Part shown: piece by piece, positions 43,983-54,795 of the stretch
How the letters are laid out: the number at the start of each line of letters is the position of its first letter
Numbering within the stretch: position 1 is the stretch's first letter
Source: Escherichia phage 04086
Sequence record: OR842557
Strand: one strand, 5' to 3'
Length of the DNA: 64,000 bases
Notes under the pieces: generated by a model
The model's database searches: none
What the model saw: the letters and a program-made list of their open reading frames with translations, nothing else
What the model was told of the DNA's origin: nothing
Translations under genes and position numbers: made by a program

Positions 43983-45678
43983 ATGGAATTAACATCTCGT
44001 GGTTTAAAAAGTATTATCGACAACGAAGCATTGGCTTATGCAATGTATACTGTCGAAAACCGAGCCATTCCGAATATGATTGATGGCTTTAAACCTGTAC
44101 AACGTTTTGTAGTGGCTCGTTGTCTTGATATGGCTCGTGGTAATAAAGAAAAATTCCACAAACTCGCTTCTATTGCTGGCGGCGTAGCCGACCTTGGATA
44201 TCACCACGGTGAAGGTTCTGCTCAGGAAGCAGGGGCTTTGATGGCTAACACATGGAATAACAACTATCCATTGTTAGATGGTCAGGGTAACTTTGGTTCC
44301 CGATTGGTTCAAAAAGCTGCGGCCTCTCGTTATATCTTTGCACGTATTGGAAGTAACTTTNGGCTTCTATCGCTGGTGGTGTAGCCGACCTCGGATATCA
44401 CCACGGTGAAGGTTCTGCTCAGGAAGCAGGGGCTTTGATGGCTAACACATGGAATAACAACTATCCATTGTTAGATGGTCAGGGTAACTTTGGTTCCCGA
44501 TTGGTTCAAAAAGCTGCGGCCTCTCGTTATATCTTTGCACGTATTGGAAGTAACTTTGCAAAAGTTTATAAGGACACAGAATATGCTCCGGTTCATGCGG
44601 ATGTCGAACATAAGCCACCGGCTTTTTATCTGCCTATTATTCCTACTGTTCTTCTTAATGGCGTTTCCGGTATTGCAACTGGTTATGCAACTAATATTCT
44701 TCCTCATAGTTTTGATTCTGTTAAGAAAGCTGTATTGCAAGTTCTTCAGGAAAAACGAGTAACAAAACCTAAAGTGGCTTATCCTGAATTCCGTGGTGAA
44801 GTTGTTGAAATTGAACCAGGTAGTTATGAGATTCGTGGAACGTATAAGTTCACATCCCGAACCCAAATGCATATCACGGAAATCCCGTACAAATATGACC
44901 GTGAAACATATGTGGCCAAGATATTAGACCCTCTGGAAGACAAAGGGTATATCACATACGATGACGATTGTGATGAGAATGGTTTCGGCTTCAAGGTTAA
45001 GATTCGTAAAGAATACGAATTGCCTACTGATGAAGATAAGAAACACGAAAAAATCATGAAGGACTTCGGGTTAATCGAACGTCGTTCACAAAACCTGACC
45101 GTCATTAATGAAAAAGGTAAACTTAAGGTTTACGAAGATGCAGTTGAACTGATTCGTGATTTCGTTGAGGTCCGTAAGACCTTTGTACAAAAACGTATTG
45201 ATGGTAAAATCATCGAAACCGAANCATGAAGGACTTCGGGTTAATAGAACGTCGTTCACAAAACCTGACTGTCATTAATGAGAAAGGTAAACTTAAGGTT
45301 TACGAAGATGCAGTTGAACTGATTCGTGATTTCGTTGAGGTCCGTAAGACCTTTGTACAAAAACGTATTGATGGTAAAATCATCGAAACCGAAGAAGCTT
45401 TCAAACTAGCATTGGCTAAAGCCACATTTATCAAAGATGTTATTGATGGTGTAGTGGTTATCCAAGGTAAGACTCGTAAGGTTTTAACCGAAGAATTGGC
45501 CGGTAATAAAGTCTATGGCGAATATGCCGATAAACTAGTGGCCATGAACATTTTCCATATCACTTCTGATGAAGCTAAGAAACTGGCTTTGGAAGCCAAG
45601 GCTAAGAAAGAAGAGCATCAATATTGGAAAACCACTGATGTGGTAACTGAGTATGTTAAAGATTTGGAGGCTCTATGA
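43983..45678 (+). CDS. 52: DNA topoisomerase II medium subunit gp52 (GyrA-like)
   Basis: N-terminus with VENRAIPN...DGFKPVQRF; N-junction duplications at 44361 and 45224. Confidence 0.9.
44165..44559 (+). repeat. N-flanked near-identical duplication (N at 44361), likely artefact
   Basis: ~195-bp unit repeated. Confidence 0.7.
45054..45399 (+). repeat. N-flanked near-identical duplication (N at 45224), likely artefact
   Basis: ~170-bp unit repeated. Confidence 0.7.
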
Positions 45679-45779
45679 GCCTTGGAGTCGAGTTCTTGTT
45701 ACTCTGTATCTTTGCTGTTATCCTAGGCCTGGCGACAGGCTTAGCTATAGGTTTAATAGCAGCTCACTTTAAAAAGTAA
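45675..45779 (+). CDS. small hydrophobic membrane peptide (34 aa)
   Basis: ATGA overlap with gene 52 stop; hydrophobic; followed directly by terminator. Confidence 0.3.
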   Translation: MSLGVEFLLLCIFAVILGLATGLAIGLIAAHFKK

Positions 45780-45801
45780 GGAACCTTCGGGTTCCTTTTT
45801 T
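45780..45801 (+). terminator. rho-independent terminator
   Basis: GGAACC-TTCG-GGTTCC + TTTTTT. Confidence 0.65.
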
Positions 45802-45820
45802 GGGTTTAGTGCAAAAAAGT

Positions 45821-45860
45821 GTTTACTTCTGCTTTAAACATGATACTATAGACCTATCAA
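45821..45860 (+). promoter_or_regulatory. early promoter
   Basis: GTTTAC-N17-TACTAT + AGACCTATCAA. Confidence 0.65.
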
Positions 45861-45887
45861 AACAACAGAGTGAAATGGAGATACAAA

Positions 45888-46109
45888 ATGAAAACCTTAA
45901 ATATTAATTCTTTTTTCTACAACGCTAATACCGATCATGCAATGTTCTTTGATTGTGATTTAGATACTTATATCCATGTATGGGGTGTTAAGTCAGATAA
46001 AGTGGTTGTTAAGAAAAATTTAAAAACCGGTAATGGTCGTGGTCAAGCTAAAATTTCTTCTAAGAAAGTTGTTGAAGCTTATGTTGATTATGTTAAAAGC
46101 GCAATTTAA
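45888..46109 (+). CDS. hypothetical basic protein
   Basis: GGAGA RBS; track GTG start 45870 rejected. Confidence 0.45.
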   Translation: MKTLNINSFFYNANTDHAMFFDCDLDTYIHVWGVKSDKVVVKKNLKTGNGRGQAKISSKKVVEAYVDYVKSAI

Positions 46110-46118
46110 TTAAAAATT

Positions 46119-46160
46119 ATATACAAAGGTCTATGATAATGTTATTATAGACCTATCAAA
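46119..46160 (+). promoter_or_regulatory. possible early promoter upstream of motA
   Basis: TATTAT -10 + ACCTATCAAA box; weak -35. Confidence 0.4.
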
Positions 46161-46182
46161 TAAATGGTTATCGGAGATTAAA

Positions 46183-46818
46183 ATGTCTAAAATTACTTAT
46201 ATCATCAAAGCTTCTGAAGACGTCCTGAATGAAAAAACTGCTTCGATCTTAGTACATATCATCAAGCATAACTTCATCACTTCAGGCGAAGTCCGTGAAG
46301 CCCTGAGTGAGCAATTTAGTGCTGCGGTAGTTAACTCTAACATTGGTGTGTTGATTAAGAAAGGATTCATCGAAAAATCTGGTGATGGTTTAGTGGCTAC
46401 GGGTGAAGCAATGGACCTAGTTCAAAAAGCTGCCGACTTGTTCGCTTCTGAAAATGCTCCAGAGATGTTGGAAAAACGTAAAACACGTAGTTCACGTGGT
46501 GTTACTCCTGAAATGGTAACTCTGGCTGATGAAGTTAAAGCTTTATTAGAAGACCGTATCGAGATTCGTGAAATTGCTGAAAACCGTAGCAACCTTGAAG
46601 TTCGATTCGCCAAACGTACCAATGGTATTCGTCAAATTGAAGTCCGTCGTGACGGAATGATGCGTATCTTCGGTTATAATATGACTGATAAAGAAAAACA
46701 AGTGTTTACTTCCTTGAATCTTGATGTTAAGATTAAGACTGGTGGTAAGAATACTTATATCGACTTCCAAAACGTATCATCTGAAGTTATCAAAACCGTA
46801 ACCAACGCAATTATCTGA
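46183..46818 (+). CDS. motA: middle-transcription activator MotA
   Basis: 211 aa; N-terminal MSKITYIIKAS..NSNIGVLIKKG matches T4 MotA as recalled. Confidence 0.8.
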   Translation: MSKITYIIKASEDVLNEKTASILVHIIKHNFITSGEVREALSEQFSAAVVNSNIGVLIKKGFIEKSGDGLVATGEAMDLVQKAADLFASENAPEMLEKRKTRSSRGVTPEMVTLADEVKALLEDRIEIREIAENRSNLEVRFAKRTNGIRQIEVRRDGMMRIFGYNMTDKEKQVFTSLNLDVKIKTGGKNTYIDFQNVSSEVIKTVTNAII

Positions 46819-46832
46819 CTGAGGAAATTATT

Positions 46833-47162
46833 ATGAACAAGCTGAATATTGTTAATGAACTTCGTCGTTGTGCAGAACCTACTCAAGAAGGTTGGGACAT
46901 TTGGTACCACGGTGCTTATCTCGGCACTATTGTTAAGATTAAAGCAGGTAAATACTTAATCATCCGTGGTGGTTCTGAAGCTTCTATGGGAATTCGCAAG
47001 AACTTCATGGCCGCAATCAGCACCTTTGTTCCAGCCGCTTATGAAGTCTATAAAGCAGACTACAAAGAATACCAGGAATCACAACCGGTTATTCGTTCAA
47101 TTGGTGTTAATAAAGCTCAACAGAAAAGTCTGTGGAAACGTGTTAAAGGATGGTTCAAATGA
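46833..47162 (+). CDS. hypothetical protein
   Basis: GAGGAAA RBS. Confidence 0.45.
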   Translation: MNKLNIVNELRRCAEPTQEGWDIWYHGAYLGTIVKIKAGKYLIIRGGSEASMGIRKNFMAAISTFVPAAYEVYKADYKEYQESQPVIRSIGVNKAQQKSLWKRVKGWFK

Positions 47163-47647
47163 ATCCATTAAAAGGTAAAGAATTATCCTTTAAAGACCGT
47201 ATGGCCTTGTTGGATAAAGCTCTTTCTCGTGAGACGCCTGAAAGCTTAGCAGCTAAATTACAGGCCTATGGCGATTACACCGAATATACCGAAGAGGATG
47301 TTTTAGAAGAGGTTCCTGAAATCTGTTGGCAAGTGGCCCATTGGTGTGAAGACCAAAAATTCCAGCGTCGAATTGTGTGTGCTGCAAACCGTTTTAAGTT
47401 AAAAGATGGTGGAACTCTGGTTATTCCTGCGACACGTCATTACTCTAAAGATATGGGTGCGGTTGTCAAGGCAGTTGAAGATAAATTGGTAACACGATTT
47501 GTCTGTGATGATGACCAAGGCTTTGTCGACCAATATGGTAATTATTGGACTCGTGAAGAAGCAATGATAATTGCAACATATGCTAATCAGGTTCGTATTG
47601 AACGTGGTGGTAGTGAAAAAGAACTTTACTCTGAGGACCTTTACTAA
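47159..47647 (+). CDS. hypothetical protein
   Basis: ATGA overlap. Confidence 0.45.
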   Translation: MNPLKGKELSFKDRMALLDKALSRETPESLAAKLQAYGDYTEYTEEDVLEEVPEICWQVAHWCEDQKFQRRIVCAANRFKLKDGGTLVIPATRHYSKDMGAVVKAVEDKLVTRFVCDDDQGFVDQYGNYWTREEAMIIATYANQVRIERGGSEKELYSEDLY

Positions 47648-47928
47648 TGAATCTTAAACAACTTCAAATCGATGCAATCGAAACCCATATTAATCATGTT
47701 AAACGACTGAATGTCATGCTGGAAGACAACTGGGGAACTTATGTCAACCAACCGGCTTGGGATGCCTTAGACCACGAATATATAAAGAATATTAGTTCTA
47801 AGACAATCCATGGGAATATGGAAGGTTTGAAGCCATTCCTACGTGATATGTATATTGCAACTAATAAAGAAATTATCAGCTCTCTTGAATATCAATTAAG
47901 GAAATTACGTGAACAATCTGGTAGCTAA
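47647..47928 (+). CDS. hypothetical protein (arn-like position)
   Basis: 93 aa between motA region and asiA; synteny only. Confidence 0.35.
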   Translation: MNLKQLQIDAIETHINHVKRLNVMLEDNWGTYVNQPAWDALDHEYIKNISSKTIHGNMEGLKPFLRDMYIATNKEIISSLEYQLRKLREQSGS

Positions 47929-48017
47929 GCACGATTTCAATAAGGCGTCTGTCCATAAGGATAAGAAGAAAAATCTTAAAGAGTCTAAACGTAAACAGAA
48001 ACATAAGGGTAAAGGCT

Positions 48018-48176
48018 ATGAGTCATAACTTAGAGAATACCGTAACAGGCATGCGTACGCGTGAGCAGGAGTGCTTTGAGGAATTCCTGGGAGCTGATTT
48101 TAAGTTCCAGGAACCAATAGAAGAGATGTATCAGGAATATGTTAAAAAGAACGAAGGACATGTTTACAATCCCTAA
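48018..48176 (+). CDS. hypothetical small protein (52 aa)
   Basis: AAGGGTAAAGG RBS; below track cutoff. Confidence 0.3.
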   Translation: MSHNLENTVTGMRTREQECFEEFLGADFKFQEPIEEMYQEYVKKNEGHVYNP

Positions 48177-48231
48177 GGATATGTTAGTATAGCCTTATCA
48201 GATAATGACGTACTGAATTGAAGAGAATATT

Positions 48232-48507
48232 ATGACTAAAATTGAAATCGTTTCCGAAATTGCCACTATTGTTTCCATTTTGATTAAAACGGATTGTGAA
48301 GACATCATGCAACGTCGTGATGAGTTTATTGCCTTTTTGAATGAGTTAGGTATTCGTAATGAACATGGAAAGGAACTTAATGGGCTGTCTTATAACAAAT
48401 TATTTAAGTCATTAACTGAAGATGAACGTGAAACTCTTATTGAGCAATTTAATGAAGGGTATGAAGATATACACCGTTATTTAATGATGTATACCTCCAA
48501 TTTCTAA
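48232..48507 (+). CDS. asiA: anti-sigma70 factor AsiA
   Basis: 91 aa; IVSILIK...IAFLNELG...LIEQFNEGYEDIHRYL matches T4 AsiA as recalled. Confidence 0.8.
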   Translation: MTKIEIVSEIATIVSILIKTDCEDIMQRRDEFIAFLNELGIRNEHGKELNGLSYNKLFKSLTEDERETLIEQFNEGYEDIHRYLMMYTSNF

Positions 48508-49157
48508 CGTGTTCGACCTAATGTCCTTCCGGCTTGACCACACATAGACGAAAGTCTAGGAAATCCCAAATCCGGTTTGATATCATACCAGTACAACGAT
48601 ATCGAGCCGGCGTAGACGTTATCCAAATTAAAAAACGGGCATGAAAACATATACGTGAATTGTGTTTTCTTCTTTGTAGGAAGGAATACAGTTTCGGTAC
48701 TTGATTCAAAATAGTTCCCGTTAACTCCCGCCATATATTCTACTGACGTTTTGTCAATTGGAAACCCTCCCGTATTTTTTGCGTCTACCGTTTCCGGTAA
48801 TTTACCCTCATAAGCCACCATATCCACAAAATAATTCATGTTGGTTGGTCTAAAAGAATATATTGCTGTAAAGTCTGCACCTGAAGAAGAATGCACTATT
48901 CGGAGCTGCTCGATAGCCGCAATTTTAAATCTATTGTCCTGGTCTTGTCTAATCATTTCAGTATAAGAGGCATAAGTAGTCTCTTTATAAAAGTTTAGAA
49001 TATACTCGCCTTTATACCAAACCAGTGCCATAAAGAACAATAATATCACGACTAGGACCCGGGAAAAAACTACTTTCCCGGAAGAAGTATCTTTAAAAAT
49101 TCTATCAAGAAGTCCAAAAAGTAGGTCTGATAATGATATTCCTACTTTTGGTTCCAT
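48504..49157 (-). CDS. t: holin T
   Basis: 217 aa, single N-terminal TMD and large periplasmic domain; LLDRIFKD, FLPTKK motifs. Confidence 0.88.
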   Translation of the reverse strand: MEPKVGISLSDLLFGLLDRIFKDTSSGKVVFSRVLVVILLFFMALVWYKGEYILNFYKETTYASYTEMIRQDQDNRFKIAAIEQLRIVHSSSGADFTAIYSFRPTNMNYFVDMVAYEGKLPETVDAKNTGGFPIDKTSVEYMAGVNGNYFESSTETVFLPTKKKTQFTYMFSCPFFNLDNVYAGSISLYWYDIKPDLGFPRLSSMCGQAGRTLGRTR

Positions 49158-49175
49158 ACTTTTCTCCTTTAAAGA

Positions 49176-49183
49176 TATTTATA
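49176..49183 (-). promoter_or_regulatory. late promoter TATAAATA for t
   Basis: exact TATAAATA on minus strand ~18 nt upstream of t start. Confidence 0.6.
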
Positions 49184-49194
49184 ATACAGAAGTA

Positions 49195-49737
49195 TTATTT
49201 GAAAAATCTCTTATACCAAGGCTTCCGTTCTTTTTCAGGCCACGCAGGGAATTCACCACCTAAATGCTCATGCTTTTCTAAAAGAGCAAAGAACCGTTTA
49301 AGGTTTTGATGATAGAATTTTTCCTTTTTATCAGCGACTGAAGCTTCAACCATATTACTTAATACCTGGAATTCTTTGTACAATTCTTCAATTTTTCTAT
49401 TACGAATTAAAACACGTTTATAGGTTTCGTCTTCTTTCCAACCATCGTCAGTCCATATGTCAAATTCGCCAGGCTCATCAAAAGCTATACCAACCGGGCT
49501 TCCTATGTCATTTATTAAGATTTCTTCTTTATTAAAAGTCCAGGCACGTTTGCCTCGATGGTCTTCTTCATAAATCCAATCTTGAATGCGTTCGTCAAAT
49601 ACAATCGCATATCCTTCTTTAGGTTCTAAAGGTTTTTTAGCTGTTGAATGGGCAGGAAGGCCAAGACCTTTAACAGGTTTGTAATTTTCTTCTTTGTAAA
49701 ATTCTTTTGTGTCAAAATAAAAATGATAAATTTTCAT
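49195..49737 (-). CDS. 38: gp38 tail-fibre assembly chaperone (T4-type)
   Basis: 180 aa; near-identical to T4 gp38 as recalled (MKIYHFYFDTKEFYKEENYKP...). Confidence 0.9.
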   Translation of the reverse strand: MKIYHFYFDTKEFYKEENYKPVKGLGLPAHSTAKKPLEPKEGYAIVFDERIQDWIYEEDHRGKRAWTFNKEEILINDIGSPVGIAFDEPGEFDIWTDDGWKEDETYKRVLIRNRKIEELYKEFQVLSNMVEASVADKKEKFYHQNLKRFFALLEKHEHLGGEFPAWPEKERKPWYKRFFK

Positions 49738-49744
49738 ATTCAGA

Positions 49745-49760
49745 AGGGGCCGAAGCCCCT
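49745..49760 (-). other. intercistronic stem-loop between genes 37 and 38
   Basis: AGGGGC-TTCG-GCCCCT in transcript; no T-run. Confidence 0.4.
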
Positions 49761-49764
49761 CTCC

Positions 49765-52700
49765 TTATGCTAAACGAACAATATAGTTAAAAGCAATGTT
49801 TTTAACCGTGTTTTCTGTATTACCTGTACTATTTATGGTAATGGTATGCCCATGTGAACCAATTGCTACTGAATGGGTGTGAGCACCAATACCTACTGAA
49901 TGGGTGTGAGCACCAATACCTACAGTATGCGCGTGGTTACCCGTAGCGCTAGTAGTTCCTGACCAACTATGAGTATGGGCACCGTCTGAAGAAGTTTTGG
50001 CCATATTCGATGCTGCAGTAGCACCGCTCACGGTTCCAGTGATTTTAGCGTTGGCGTTTGCACCTACACTATTATATCCGTCATAGAATATGTTATTGGG
50101 TACGCCGGCTTGCATCTGAGGGCCTGAACGCGCGTGTTGGTGTGCTCCGGCTGAACTGGTAGTACCACTCACTGTATGGTTATGGTTACCGGTGGTATTA
50201 CTGGTCTTAGTACCATAATCAAAGCTTGAAGATGTTTTAGTGCCATAATCAAAGCTTGATGTGGTTTTAGTACCCAAGTCAGTACTCGAAGCAGATGCGC
50301 CATGGTTATGAGACTTAATACCATCAGCTTCTGCACTCAACACTGCGCGGCCACTTGGTTTACCCTTGATAGTTTGTCCACGCATATCAGGAATAGTACC
50401 AGAAGGATATGCAACAGCAAGCTTAGGATAAGCACCTGTATCAAAGGTCTGACCTTCCATCAAAGCATAACCATTAGGAGGAGTATCCGTTGGCCATGGA
50501 ATTGGGGCTCCAATAGGATAACTTGAAACAATATCAGTTTTAAGTGATTCAATTGTACTGTTTAAGTTAGCAAAGTTACCAGAGCCACCGGTGATATTAC
50601 CATCAGTTCCTAAAGTTGCGGCACCTGCAATAATTTTACCAGGTACGCGGAAGTCACCGGTACGACGGAATTCCCAACTTATATCAGTTCCGGTAGTACT
50701 ATTGCCCTGGTGATAATGGACGCGGAAGTCTCCTTGAGAAATTAAGGTACCAATAGAATAAGTACTATCACCTTGTACGTAACGTTGTTTGACAATAGGA
50801 ATATATTCAGAAGGAGCAGTACGCTCTATATTCATATAAATCGGAGCTCTTACGTTTGCGTCATTCTGGGATGCAAATGAACCAGCTCCTGCTGGGCGTA
50901 CCGTATCAGTACATTCGGCCTCAATATATGTCGACTGCCCCAATTTCATTCTAAAATTGGCATTAATGCGAGAGTTACTGTTTATCGTAGTTAAAGCATT
51001 ATTTTGATCTACTATAAAAGAATCTCTTCCTAATCCAACCATACCATCGTTTAATCCTATTCTCACAGGTCTCAAAGAGCTGTGAATGTCTCCACTTTCG
51101 CCTTCATTTTGATTGGTTGGAAGAATATAAAAGTTACTTTCTGAACGACGGAAAATAGCGCCATATTCAGCATTCCAAATTCTTAATGCATCTGCTGTTC
51201 CACCAATTTTTACTTGTCCGGTAATAGAAGAACCACCTTGGACAAACAAACCGTTAGACATAGTAACATTGCCACCAAAAGAACCTGTACCGGAGGCACT
51301 TATATTTCCAAGGCCTATGATATGGTCTGTTTCAACAGCTCCGTTAAATTTAAAGTTAACTGGACCTACTGTTTGACCTGACGCAGGATTAGTACGTTGA
51401 GCGTAGAAATAATAACCTTGTGAATCTGAAACTTCGAATACAGTTTCTCTATTACCGCCACCTGTATTAAATGAATTACCCCACGCTTTAATAGATATAT
51501 AGTTTTTATTCTGTCCTGCGCGAGTACCAGCGCCCCACAGTATAGTTTTAGTGCCATCTAATGATGTAGGTGCATCAAGTTGAATACCGTCAGCTCTAGC
51601 CCCGGTAAGAAGTACCCCGTTATCAAATTTAATTCTTTGAATAGAAGAAATAGTGCCGTCAGCATAAAGCTGTACATTATTAGCGGCGGTTACCAGTTTA
51701 AGAATACCTGGGTTAAGTTCCATGCCTTCTTGGGTGTTAATATTGGTTTGACCTCTACCGCGGAAATAGTGCGACATTTTTCCGCCAGAGTTATAACCAA
51801 TATGCGTCTGACCATCGCCAGCTGTATTCCCGTCAGCCTGAGTTTGAGCTGATAAAAATGCAGCATTGGTTCCAGGCATAATCCATGTGGTGCCTTGGTC
51901 TTCTGAACGACCAAATAAACCTTTACGAGTACTACGGAAACTATCTGGAGTAATAGAAGCAACTGAATTCCCTGAACCAACTAAATCATAAACACCGGTT
52001 TTTTTGTATGACAGCCCCGTCCCGTTATCGCCTAGAGCTAAATAAACACCGAATCCTAAAGCGGCACCATTACCATAGTCGCTTGACGGGTATCCTTCAG
52101 TCACAGTACCAATGGCCAAGCTATTGCGAACAATCATTCTGCCGTCATTACGAATACCATATAGTTTATATGTTGGTGTATTACCAGACCACCAAGAAAC
52201 CTCATCAGCTTGGCCTAATTGGGCCGTACAAATTTCATGATACATTGTACCACCAGACTTGGCGCGAACTTTACGAAGATAGTTTACACCATTCGTTTCG
52301 CCTGTGCCTGGGTATGTATATTTAACTAATGAATCAGTGTCATATACACCAAATGCTTTGGCATCGTGAATAACTGTATCAGCTGCAATGCGTTTTGTTA
52401 ATAACGCATCCGAAGCTAAAATACGGTTAGCCTGAAATTCACCGCCGTTTATAGAACGGAAATAGAATTCACTATTAGCAGTGCCTTCTGTCCCCTGTTT
52501 AAGCCTAATGCGTAATTCACCAGCATTTGTAGTTTGAGGGCGAGTATATATAACACCACGTTCAGTGCCATCGGCATTTTCAAACCAAAGGTGGGCATTT
52601 GACGTATCGTTTGTTGCTCTTGAATAAAACGAACCCTGTAATGCTCTAAAAGTTTGAGCCGAAATACTCGTGCCTGCTGTAATCGACCCGCTTGTGGAAA

Positions 52701-52938
52701 AGTTTCCAAAATTGTTTAATGGGCCATTAATGCGTAAAGTTCCAGTAATAGTTACATCGCCATCAACTTGTCCACCTTTTGCAAAGCCCAAATCAATAAT
52801 CTGTCCCTGGTCGGACTTGGTAAAAATAGTGCGGTCACGCAAGTTAATAGCCAGTTCGCCTTCATCTAACTGAGCTGCAGTAGGCTTGGCTCCTGGTGTT
52901 TTACTTCTTTTAAATTGTATCGATTTTAAAGTAGCCAT
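49765..52938 (-). CDS. 37: long tail fibre distal subunit gp37
   Basis: 1057 aa; [13 protein letters not shown] start; C-terminal tandem GAHTHSVGI His boxes and ...[18 protein letters not shown]. Confidence 0.93.
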   Translation of the reverse strand: MATLKSIQFKRSKTPGAKPTAAQLDEGELAINLRDRTIFTKSDQGQIIDLGFAKGGQVDGDVTITGTLRINGPLNNFGNFSTSGSITAGTSISAQTFRALQGSFYSRATNDTSNAHLWFENADGTERGVIYTRPQTTNAGELRIRLKQGTEGTANSEFYFRSINGGEFQANRILASDALLTKRIAADTVIHDAKAFGVYDTDSLVKYTYPGTGETNGVNYLRKVRAKSGGTMYHEICTAQLGQADEVSWWSGNTPTYKLYGIRNDGRMIVRNSLAIGTVTEGYPSSDYGNGAALGFGVYLALGDNGTGLSYKKTGVYDLVGSGNSVASITPDSFRSTRKGLFGRSEDQGTTWIMPGTNAAFLSAQTQADGNTAGDGQTHIGYNSGGKMSHYFRGRGQTNINTQEGMELNPGILKLVTAANNVQLYADGTISSIQRIKFDNGVLLTGARADGIQLDAPTSLDGTKTILWGAGTRAGQNKNYISIKAWGNSFNTGGGNRETVFEVSDSQGYYFYAQRTNPASGQTVGPVNFKFNGAVETDHIIGLGNISASGTGSFGGNVTMSNGLFVQGGSSITGQVKIGGTADALRIWNAEYGAIFRRSESNFYILPTNQNEGESGDIHSSLRPVRIGLNDGMVGLGRDSFIVDQNNALTTINSNSRINANFRMKLGQSTYIEAECTDTVRPAGAGSFASQNDANVRAPIYMNIERTAPSEYIPIVKQRYVQGDSTYSIGTLISQGDFRVHYHQGNSTTGTDISWEFRRTGDFRVPGKIIAGAATLGTDGNITGGSGNFANLNSTIESLKTDIVSSYPIGAPIPWPTDTPPNGYALMEGQTFDTGAYPKLAVAYPSGTIPDMRGQTIKGKPSGRAVLSAEADGIKSHNHGASASSTDLGTKTTSSFDYGTKTSSSFDYGTKTSNTTGNHNHTVSGTTSSAGAHQHARSGPQMQAGVPNNIFYDGYNSVGANANAKITGTVSGATAASNMAKTSSDGAHTHSWSGTTSATGNHAHTVGIGAHTHSVGIGAHTHSVAIGSHGHTITINSTGNTENTVKNIAFNYIVRLA

Positions 52939-52946
52939 AATGCCTC

Positions 52947-53606
52947 TTAATAATATCCAAAATCTTCAGATGTACCTCTAAGAACAACCTGGTCAATACG
53001 AGGAACGTGTTCGTTCAATGTTCCTGGGTTCCTAGATATGAAATTCGGGGCTGAAAGAACACCAGCCATAGATTGTATGTTACTATTATTTATTTGGACC
53101 TGTTTTGCGTTATCCACATCACTTAACCCAACTTGGGCTTTTGTCGGAGCATTCCCTGGAGAAAATACGCGACCTGATTCGTCTTTAATTTGACGACCAA
53201 GGATATCACCCATTACTGTAAGACGGTTAGCTCCTACTGTAGTGGTAGGGTCAAAGATTATAAATGGTGTCCCATCTGCCGTTTCAAGTCCCATACCTTT
53301 ACTCATTCTAAATGAGAAAGAATACGTAGATGACATTGGGGTTGTATTGGTTTTTCTACCTAATTTAACCCAGTATCCATCAGAATCTTTAAATTGTAGG
53401 TCTTTATCAAAGTTTACTGTACCTAAATAATTCCCACCATTAGCTTTAGAAACAAAGTCATTATCTGTAGCTTGAGGCTTATTAAATTCGGTATAGATTT
53501 TGTAGGTCTTATATAAAATATCATTTGATACCGGCGTCAGCGGAAAGTTACCTTGGTGCCATATAACGGAACCTCCGGTTGTTGAGCCTAATTTTAAATC
53601 AGCCAT
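52947..53606 (-). CDS. 36: long tail fibre distal connector gp36
   Basis: 219 aa; [23 protein letters not shown]; ends ...DFGYY. Confidence 0.9.
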   Translation of the reverse strand: MADLKLGSTTGGSVIWHQGNFPLTPVSNDILYKTYKIYTEFNKPQATDNDFVSKANGGNYLGTVNFDKDLQFKDSDGYWVKLGRKTNTTPMSSTYSFSFRMSKGMGLETADGTPFIIFDPTTTVGANRLTVMGDILGRQIKDESGRVFSPGNAPTKAQVGLSDVDNAKQVQINNSNIQSMAGVLSAPNFISRNPGTLNEHVPRIDQVVLRGTSEDFGYY

Positions 53607-53631
53607 AGTTATTCCTCTTTATTAGATAACG

Positions 53632-53639
53632 TATTTATA
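53632..53639 (-). promoter_or_regulatory. late promoter TATAAATA for gene 36
   Basis: exact TATAAATA ~25 nt upstream of gene 36 start. Confidence 0.6.
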
Positions 53640-53641
53640 GC

Positions 53642-53662
53642 AAAAAGGGACCTTAAGGTCCC
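53642..53662 (-). terminator. rho-independent terminator after gene 35
   Basis: GGGACC-TTAA-GGTCCC + TTTTT on minus strand. Confidence 0.6.
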
Positions 53663-54787
53663 TTAATATTTTTCTTTAAATTCTTGAACAAATACCTTAC
53701 CTGCGTTACCAGATGATTTGTCATTCAATTGTGCAATAACATTACCCATTGAACGGGTTTCGGTACCATAGCTCATACGAATACCATTAACACCAATTTC
53801 AGCGGATTTAGGAGTATCTTCAGGTCTAGCTATTTCACCAAACATAACATTCCTAACACCTCCTACTCCGCCTGAGACAGTTTTTCTACAATATAATGTA
53901 AAACCATTGGCATTCGGCGGAACTTCTATTACTCGCTCAAAAGACATCCATGCACCCGCCGGTGGAGAGCCAGCTCCTACAGGAATATTGATATCAGTGG
54001 ATTGAAGCATTTCCTGGCCATTAAAAAATCGTATGGACATCTGGGTTGTCCCTAAATCTTTTAAAGCCTGGTCGTAGGTCATTTGGAATTTAAGATAAAA
54101 GAAATCTCCAGGGACCATATTGTAATCAGCACAAGGAGTTATGGTGGATTCGGTAGGAAACCTTTTAATTTCTTGAGTAGCTCCGCTATAATAAGTGTTT
54201 TCATCTTCAACAATACGAACAGGGAATCCGGTTCCTCCTACATCATTAAAGTTATCATAAACGACTTCTAATGGGGTGGAAACGTCTTCTACCAAAACGC
54301 CGTCATTATAAAGAACGTGTTCCATTACAATGGCATTTCTTCCTGAAACATAAAAAGCTGAATAAGAAGTATCCACTTTATCAATGAGCCACTTATCCGG
54401 GAACGCTGTAGAACCTGAAGCTCTAAACCAATCAATTAATATCTGTGAGGCGTTTAATTTACCAGAAGAAATAAAACAAACAATTCTCCCAGCAGGTATA
54501 GAAGAAATATAAGTTATAAACGCTTGGGAAATAACATCATGGTCTTTGGTAAAGGCATATGATTTTGTAGACACTATTGTGTTATTGGTTGGGTCTATTT
54601 CAACCAAATTTAGGCCAGATTGGAAATTCTGAGGACCGAAGTCCTCATCTTGAAATTTGATATAAGCCTTTTTAGTGGACTTAGTACAGCTCCCTGCTAT
54701 ACTAAGTTTATAACTAACGGCATTATTTTCAGATAGTACAGGAATTTGAACGTAATCTTGTCCAAATTCAGCCATAAATCTTTCCAT
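53663..54787 (-). CDS. 35: long tail fibre hinge gp35
   Basis: 374 aa; MERFMAEFGQDYVQIP start. Confidence 0.9.
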   Translation of the reverse strand: MERFMAEFGQDYVQIPVLSENNAVSYKLSIAGSCTKSTKKAYIKFQDEDFGPQNFQSGLNLVEIDPTNNTIVSTKSYAFTKDHDVISQAFITYISSIPAGRIVCFISSGKLNASQILIDWFRASGSTAFPDKWLIDKVDTSYSAFYVSGRNAIVMEHVLYNDGVLVEDVSTPLEVVYDNFNDVGGTGFPVRIVEDENTYYSGATQEIKRFPTESTITPCADYNMVPGDFFYLKFQMTYDQALKDLGTTQMSIRFFNGQEMLQSTDINIPVGAGSPPAGAWMSFERVIEVPPNANGFTLYCRKTVSGGVGGVRNVMFGEIARPEDTPKSAEIGVNGIRMSYGTETRSMGNVIAQLNDKSSGNAGKVFVQEFKEKY

Positions 54788-54795
54788 ATTACCTC

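Noticed and set aside
780-45399. Near-identical tandem repeats inside genes 47, 45, 61, 56, rIIB, 52 and the 20878-21735 ORF, read as genuine repeats or CRISPR-like arrays
   Set aside because: Every repeat boundary coincides with an N run and the copies are 100-270 bp with no spacer structure; scaffold-join duplication explains them and collapsing them restores canonical gene lengths.
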